From: an uncultured delta proteobacterium
Lineage (GTDB): Bacteria > Myxococcota > Myxococcia > Myxococcales > Anaeromyxobacteraceae
Length of the DNA stretch: 64,000 nt
Direction: 5' to 3'
Assembly: GCA_963814585.1 (NCBI GenBank)
Contig: CAWFDF010000010.1
Coordinates: forward strand, 96,001 to 160,000
Positions 59,508-64,000 of this stretch are shown one piece after another; within the stretch, counting starts at the first letter, position 1, and the number at the start of each line of letters is the position of its first letter. The notes under the pieces are model-generated. The model ran no database searches. It was not told where the DNA came from and saw nothing but the letters and a program-made list of their open reading frames with translations. The translations under genes were made by a program, and so were the position numbers.

Positions 59508-59536
59508 TTGACGGGATCGATCGCGCTTTGTAACGT
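59508..59536 (+). promoter_or_regulatory. Near-consensus sigma70 promoter
   Basis: TTGACG (59508-59513), exactly 17 nt, TAACGT (59531-59536). Confidence 0.65.
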
Positions 59537-59598
59537 GCATCCACATTGTCCATTCGTGAGTCACTCATGAAGTGAATGGACGTTCCGAGGAGGGAACT

Positions 59599-59664
59599 AT
59601 GGCTGCCAAGAAGAAGGCCGTGAAGAAGGTTGCGAAGAAGAAGACCGCCAAGAAGAAGAAGTAG
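59599..59664 (+). CDS. 21-aa Lys/Ala-rich basic micropeptide MAAKKKAVKKVAKKKTAKKKK
   Basis: GAGGAGG Shine-Dalgarno 5 nt upstream, ATG..TAG, promoter before and terminator after; below the ORF-track cutoff. Confidence 0.7.
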   Translation: MAAKKKAVKKVAKKKTAKKKK

Positions 59665-59691
59665 CGATCGGTTCAGCAGCAGAGTGGTGCC

Positions 59692-59722
59692 GCGGCCGCC
59701 TTCGGGCGGCCGCAGCTTTTTT
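59692..59722 (+). terminator. Intrinsic terminator
   Basis: GCGGCCGCC-TTCG-GGCGGCCGC (9-bp perfect stem, UUCG loop) followed by AGC and TTTTTT. Confidence 0.85.
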
Positions 59723-59731
59723 GGGAGCCGC

Positions 59732-61183
59732 ATGTCGCTGACGGCGGTCGAGCTGGAGCTGGTGGTGGGGGAGCTGCAGGCGCTGCGCGGCGCGCGCGTC
59801 GACGCCGTGCGCGTCCACGCCGAGCGCGCCCTGACGCTGGAGCTGCACGGGCGCAGCGAGGCCGCGCTCCTGCTCCTCTGCGCCGAGCCCGAGGTGACCC
59901 GGCTCCACGTCAGCACCGTGCGCCCGGTCCAGCCCGCCAGCCCCTTCGCCTGGCAGGCACCGCTCCGCCAGGCGCTGGAGGGATCGCGGCTCGAGGCGCT
60001 GGAGCTGCAGGCCGGGGATCGGGTGGTGACGCTGCGCTTCGAGCGGGCCGGCGGCCGGGTCCAGCTGGTGGCGGAGCTGACCGGCCGCCACGGCAACCTC
60101 CTCCTCGTCGACGCCGGGGGCGTGGTCCGCTTCATGGCGTCGCGCGTCGCCGAGCCGGGGCGGCGCCTGGCCCCGGGCCTGCCCTGGACGCCGCCGGCGG
60201 CGCCGCGAGGTGAGCGGAGGGCCGGACCGCGCTTCGAGCCGGTGGCCGGCGCTTCCTTCCCCTGGTCCCTGGCGGTCGAGCGCCGCTACGCGGCGATCGA
60301 GGCGGAGCGGACGCTGGTCGAGGCGCGCCGGCGGCTGCGCGAGCCCTTGCGCGCGGCGCTGGCCCGGTCGAGGCGGGCGCTGGAGAGGCTGTCGGACGAG
60401 GCGGCCCGGGTGCCGGCGGCCGAGGCCGACCGGCGCGCCGGCGACCTGCTCAAGGCCAACCTCCAGGCCGTGACGCGCGGAGCCCGGGAGGTGACGCTGA
60501 CCGAGTGGACCGCCGACGGACCGGGCGAGGTGCGGGTGGCCCTCGACCCGGCGCTCACCCCGCGCCAGAACATGGAGCGCTTCTACCGGCGCTTCAAGCG
60601 GATCGCCGAGAGCGCGGCCCGGGTCGAGGCGCGGGCCGGCGAGGTCCGCGCCAGGCTCGAGGCCGTCGGGGCGCTGCTGGAGCGCGTCGACGGTGCGCCC
60701 CTGGAGGAGCTGCCGGCCATCGAGCGCGAGGCGAGGCGGCTGGCGGCCGGGCCACGGCCGGCGGCGAGGCCGCGCCGGCCGCGGGAGCAGGCCTCGCTGC
60801 CCTACCGGACCTTCCGCTCGGTGGCCGGCCTGGCCCTGCTGGTGGGGCGCGGCGCCGCCGAGAACGACCAGCTCACGCGGCGCGTGGCGCGCGGCAACGA
60901 CCTCTGGCTCCACGCTCGCGGGCTGGCCGGCGCCCACGTGATCATCCGCCTCGGCGGCCGGGAGGCCGACCAGGAGTCCCTCCTCGACGCCGCCCACCTG
61001 GCGGTCCACTTCTCCGACGCCCGCGGGGAGCCGCAGGTGGAGGTGGCCTGCACGCGGGCCAAGTACGTCCGCAAGGGGCGCGGCGCGGCCCCCGGCGCCG
61101 TCACCTACAGCCAGGAGCGGATGCTCCACCTCCGCACCGAGCCGGCGCGGCTGGCCCGGTTGCTGGCCGAGGAGGCGCCTTGA
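59732..61183 (+). CDS. rqcH: NFACT family protein (RqcH/Rqc2 homolog)
   Basis: GDRV, ELTGRHGNLLLVD (NFACT-N), coiled coil with LDP, VGR.AAEND.LT...DLWLHARG..GAHV (NFACT-R). Confidence 0.88.
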   Translation: MSLTAVELELVVGELQALRGARVDAVRVHAERALTLELHGRSEAALLLLCAEPEVTRLHVSTVRPVQPASPFAWQAPLRQALEGSRLEALELQAGDRVVTLRFERAGGRVQLVAELTGRHGNLLLVDAGGVVRFMASRVAEPGRRLAPGLPWTPPAAPRGERRAGPRFEPVAGASFPWSLAVERRYAAIEAERTLVEARRRLREPLRAALARSRRALERLSDEAARVPAAEADRRAGDLLKANLQAVTRGAREVTLTEWTADGPGEVRVALDPALTPRQNMERFYRRFKRIAESAARVEARAGEVRARLEAVGALLERVDGAPLEELPAIEREARRLAAGPRPAARPRRPREQASLPYRTFRSVAGLALLVGRGAAENDQLTRRVARGNDLWLHARGLAGAHVIIRLGGREADQESLLDAAHLAVHFSDARGEPQVEVACTRAKYVRKGRGAAPGAVTYSQERMLHLRTEPARLARLLAEEAP

Positions 61184-61218
61184 CGGTGGACCGGGCCGCC
61201 GCCCACGATGGCGGGACC

Positions 61219-61977
61219 GTGGACGCGCGCGAGGTGCACCGGCAGCTCCAGCTCTTCGACGGCCGCCACCTCGGCCGGGAGGAGCGGGTGGCGGGGGCGC
61301 GCCGGATCGCCGACGAGATGGCCGGCTCGCTGGGGGAGCCGGTCAAGCTCACCGTGCACGACAACCGCTCCACCATGGTCTCCTTCCGGCGTGTCGGCGG
61401 CGGCCTGCACGTTCGCCTGCACCACATGTTCCTCGAGGCGCCCGGCGAGGTGCTCCGGGCCCTGGCCGCCTTCGCCGGCACCGCCCGGGGCGCGACGGCG
61501 AGGCGCCGCGAGGCGAGCCGGCGCATCGACCGGTTCGTCCGCGACCGGCGGGACCGGATCGGCGCGCCGAGGGTGGGGCGGCTGCAGCCGCGCGGGCGGG
61601 CTCACGATCTCGGCGCCCTCTTCGACCGGCTCAACGCCAGCGAGTTCGGCGGCGCGGTGCAGGCGCGCATCGGATGGGGCGCGGTGCGGCCGGGGCGGCG
61701 CCGGCGCACCGTCAAGACCGGCGTCTACCTGCACGAGGCCCGGGCCATCCGCATCCACCCGACGCTGGACCGCCCCGAGGTGCCCGAGTTCTACGTGGCG
61801 GCGGTGGTGTTCCACGAGATGCTCCACCAGGTGGTGCCGGTGCACGAGCGCAACGGCCGGCGGGTGGTCCACGGCGCCGAGTTCCGGCGCCGGGAGCGGG
61901 CCTACGCCGACTACCAGCGGTCGCGCGACTGGGAGAAGGCCCACCTCGGCCTGCTGCTCTCCTCGCCGGATCGCTGA
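61219..61977 (+). CDS. SprT/YgjP-like zinc metalloprotease-fold protein
   Basis: IRIHP.LD, VFHEMLHQ (HEXXH), HG.EF...E; an alternative TTG start at 61180 overlaps the rqcH stop. Confidence 0.8.
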   Translation: MDAREVHRQLQLFDGRHLGREERVAGARRIADEMAGSLGEPVKLTVHDNRSTMVSFRRVGGGLHVRLHHMFLEAPGEVLRALAAFAGTARGATARRREASRRIDRFVRDRRDRIGAPRVGRLQPRGRAHDLGALFDRLNASEFGGAVQARIGWGAVRPGRRRRTVKTGVYLHEARAIRIHPTLDRPEVPEFYVAAVVFHEMLHQVVPVHERNGRRVVHGAEFRRRERAYADYQRSRDWEKAHLGLLLSSPDR

Positions 61978-62052
61978 GCGTTCCGGCCGCGGGGAGCGGG
62001 TCCCCCGGGCCAGGTGCGGGCGTGGCCCCGGGGGGCATGGCATCATGCCTCG

Positions 62053-64000
62053 ATGCGACGCTGCGCCCCGCTCCTCCTGATCGCCGCCGCCGGGTGCCTG
62101 ACGGCCCGCGGCACGGCCGACCAGCCGGTGATCACGACGGTCGAGCTGCGCGGCGTCCGGAGCGTCGACCGCTCGCAGCTCCGGGAGAAGCTGGCGACCC
62201 GCGCTTCCAGCTGTTTCATCACCTGCGACGTGGCCCACCTCGACCGGCACGAGCTGGCCGATGACGCGCTCCGCATCGCCGCCTTCTACAAGGAGCGCGG
62301 CCGCTACCTGACCGGGGTGCTGGAGCCGGAGGTCACCGACGACGGCGAGGGGCGGGTGCGGGTGCGGTTCGTGGTGAACGAGGGGCCGGAGGCGAAGGTG
62401 ACGGGGCTCACCACGCCCGGGCTGGAGGCGGTGCCCGAGGCGGCCCGCGCCCTGGTCCGCCCCGCGCTGAGGGTCGGCTCCGTCTTCACCATGGAAGCCT
62501 ACGACGGGATGCGCACGCAGCTGCTCGGCGCGCTCCGCTCCACCGGCTGGCCGCTGGCCGAGGTGAACCAGCGGGCACGCGTCCACCCGGACCTCCAGCG
62601 GGTCGACGTCACCTACGCCATCTCCCCGGGCCCCCGGCTCAGGTTCGGAGCGCTGCAGGTGACCGGCACGGCCCAGGTGCCGCCCGGCAAGGTGACGGAG
62701 CAGGCGACCCTGGAGCTGGAGCGAGGCGCCCTCTTCGACGAGCGCGCCCTGGTGCGCGCCCAGACCCGGGTCTTCAACCTGGGCGTCTTCGCCAGCGCCC
62801 GCATCGCCACCGGCCACCCCGACCTCGAGCGCGGGGAGGTGCCGCTGGTGATGAGCGTCCAGGAGGCTCCCTTCCAGACCCTGCGGGTCGGGCCGGGGAT
62901 CGCCTTCCAGACCACCCGCTGGGAGGCGCAAGGCCTGGCCACCTACACCCACCGCAACTTCCTCGGCGACCTGCGCAAGCTCCAGGTCCACCTCCAGGCC
63001 GGCTACGCCTGGATCCCCACGCCGTTCAGCCCCGACCAGCAGGGCCTGGTCGGCCGGCTGACGGCCTCCCTCGACCAGCCGGGCACCTTCGGCCCGCGGG
63101 TCGACCTCGCCACCCAGGTGGGCGGGGAGCGATCCATCGAGCAAGGCTACGCCTACTGGGCGGTGCGGGCCCGGGTGGGGACGCCGCTGCGGCTCGCCAG
63201 CCGGTGGAGGCTCCTGCCCACCTACAACATCGAGAACTACTGGGTCGACGCCGGGTTCGACCCGGCCGACGGATCCACGCCGCCGCAGCTCCAGAACTGC
63301 AACGCCAGCCGGATCTGCCTGCTCTCCTACTTCGAGCAGCGGATCACCTGGGACGGGCGCGACGACCCGGTCGACACGCACCGCGGCCTGGCGGCGGGGT
63401 TGACGGTGCAGGAGGGGTTCCGGATCGGCTCCAACGGCTACGACTACCTGCGCGTGTCGCCCGAGGTGAGCTTCTACGTCCCGCTCGGCTGGCGGACCGT
63501 GCTGGCCGGCCGCCTCCGCGTCGGCGGGCTGGTGCCCATCAACGAGACCGGCCCCGCCTCCATCGTCGCCCTCTTCACCTCCGGCGGCTCCACCACCGTC
63601 CGCGGCTACGGCACGCAGCGGCTCTCGCCCATGGTCCTGCAGGACGACCTGTGGGTGCCGACCGGCGGGAACGGGGTGGTGGAGCTCTCCCTGGAGCTCC
63701 GCCAGAAGCTGAGCGGGGCGCTCGGCGCGGTCTTCTTCGTGGACGTGGGCAACGTCTCGGAAGCCTCTGGCCAGCAGAAGGAGTGGCTGAATGCGCTCAC
63801 CCTGTCGAAGCTCCAACCCACGGCCGGGCTGGGCCTGCGCTACCGCACGCCGTTCGGGCCGGTCCGGATCGACGTCGGGTTCCGCCTGCCCACCGACCTC
63901 CGCCCCGACATCCCCTTCGAGGATCGCTTCCCGGCCGTTCCCGGCAGCTCCGGCCACAGCGAGCCGCTGATGGCGTTCCACCTGACCCTGGGCGAGGCCT
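62053..64000 (+). CDS. BamA/TamA (Omp85) family outer membrane protein, last codons beyond the window
   Basis: Lipoprotein-like MRRCAPLLLIAAAGC, POTRA-like segments, SGG..TVRGYG, GLRYRTPFGPVRIDVG, ends ..HLTLGEA. Confidence 0.9.
   Translation, partial: MRRCAPLLLIAAAGCLTARGTADQPVITTVELRGVRSVDRSQLREKLATRASSCFITCDVAHLDRHELADDALRIAAFYKERGRYLTGVLEPEVTDDGEGRVRVRFVVNEGPEAKVTGLTTPGLEAVPEAARALVRPALRVGSVFTMEAYDGMRTQLLGALRSTGWPLAEVNQRARVHPDLQRVDVTYAISPGPRLRFGALQVTGTAQVPPGKVTEQATLELERGALFDERALVRAQTRVFNLGVFASARIATGHPDLERGEVPLVMSVQEAPFQTLRVGPGIAFQTTRWEAQGLATYTHRNFLGDLRKLQVHLQAGYAWIPTPFSPDQQGLVGRLTASLDQPGTFGPRVDLATQVGGERSIEQGYAYWAVRARVGTPLRLASRWRLLPTYNIENYWVDAGFDPADGSTPPQLQNCNASRICLLSYFEQRITWDGRDDPVDTHRGLAAGLTVQEGFRIGSNGYDYLRVSPEVSFYVPLGWRTVLAGRLRVGGLVPINETGPASIVALFTSGGSTTVRGYGTQRLSPMVLQDDLWVPTGGNGVVELSLELRQKLSGALGAVFFVDVGNVSEASGQQKEWLNALTLSKLQPTAGLGLRYRTPFGPVRIDVGFRLPTDLRPDIPFEDRFPAVPGSSGHSEPLMAFHLTLGEA

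Noticed and set aside
59392..59600. Replication origin (AT-richer, GATC-rich)
   Set aside because: No TTATCCACA-like DnaA box array and no dnaA context; the promoter-ORF-terminator layout explains it better

Overview
Very GC-rich (roughly 74% by eye) bacterial chromosome segment. Gene content and style point to an Anaeromyxobacter-like member of Myxococcota (inference, not a database result). In order: prs-spoVG-ispE and hpt; split transhydrogenase pntAaAbB divergent from a hoxEFUYH bidirectional [NiFe]-hydrogenase; an accessory patch (degraded HNH gene, vapBC, Zn-alcohol dehydrogenase, small membrane protein, N-truncated Ser/Thr kinase-TPR, ECF sigma); methyltransferase-like/coiled-coil, PilZ, GH57, mqnD, MFS, galT, glgA, aroF; thiO, TetR, dinB; an arsenic/thiol-redox cluster; SDR, receiver and DHH genes; hprK-rapZ-mannose-type PTS-ptsH-ptsI; metK-sahR-ahcY; uppP-Nudix-manC-PMM-ROK; rqcH, an HEXXH protein and a BamA/TamA-family gene running off the end. 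No rRNA, tRNA, CRISPR array or transposase was seen. Several genes are broken (hoxH, GH57, arsA by indels; acr3 by one TAG), mostly by single-base insertions that look like sequencing error. The most striking unexplained element is a small unit at 59.4-59.72 kb. It has a GATC-rich upstream region, a near-consensus sigma70 promoter, a structured leader, a 21-aa Lys/Ala ORF and an intrinsic terminator, and it sits 9 bp before the ribosome-quality-control gene rqcH.
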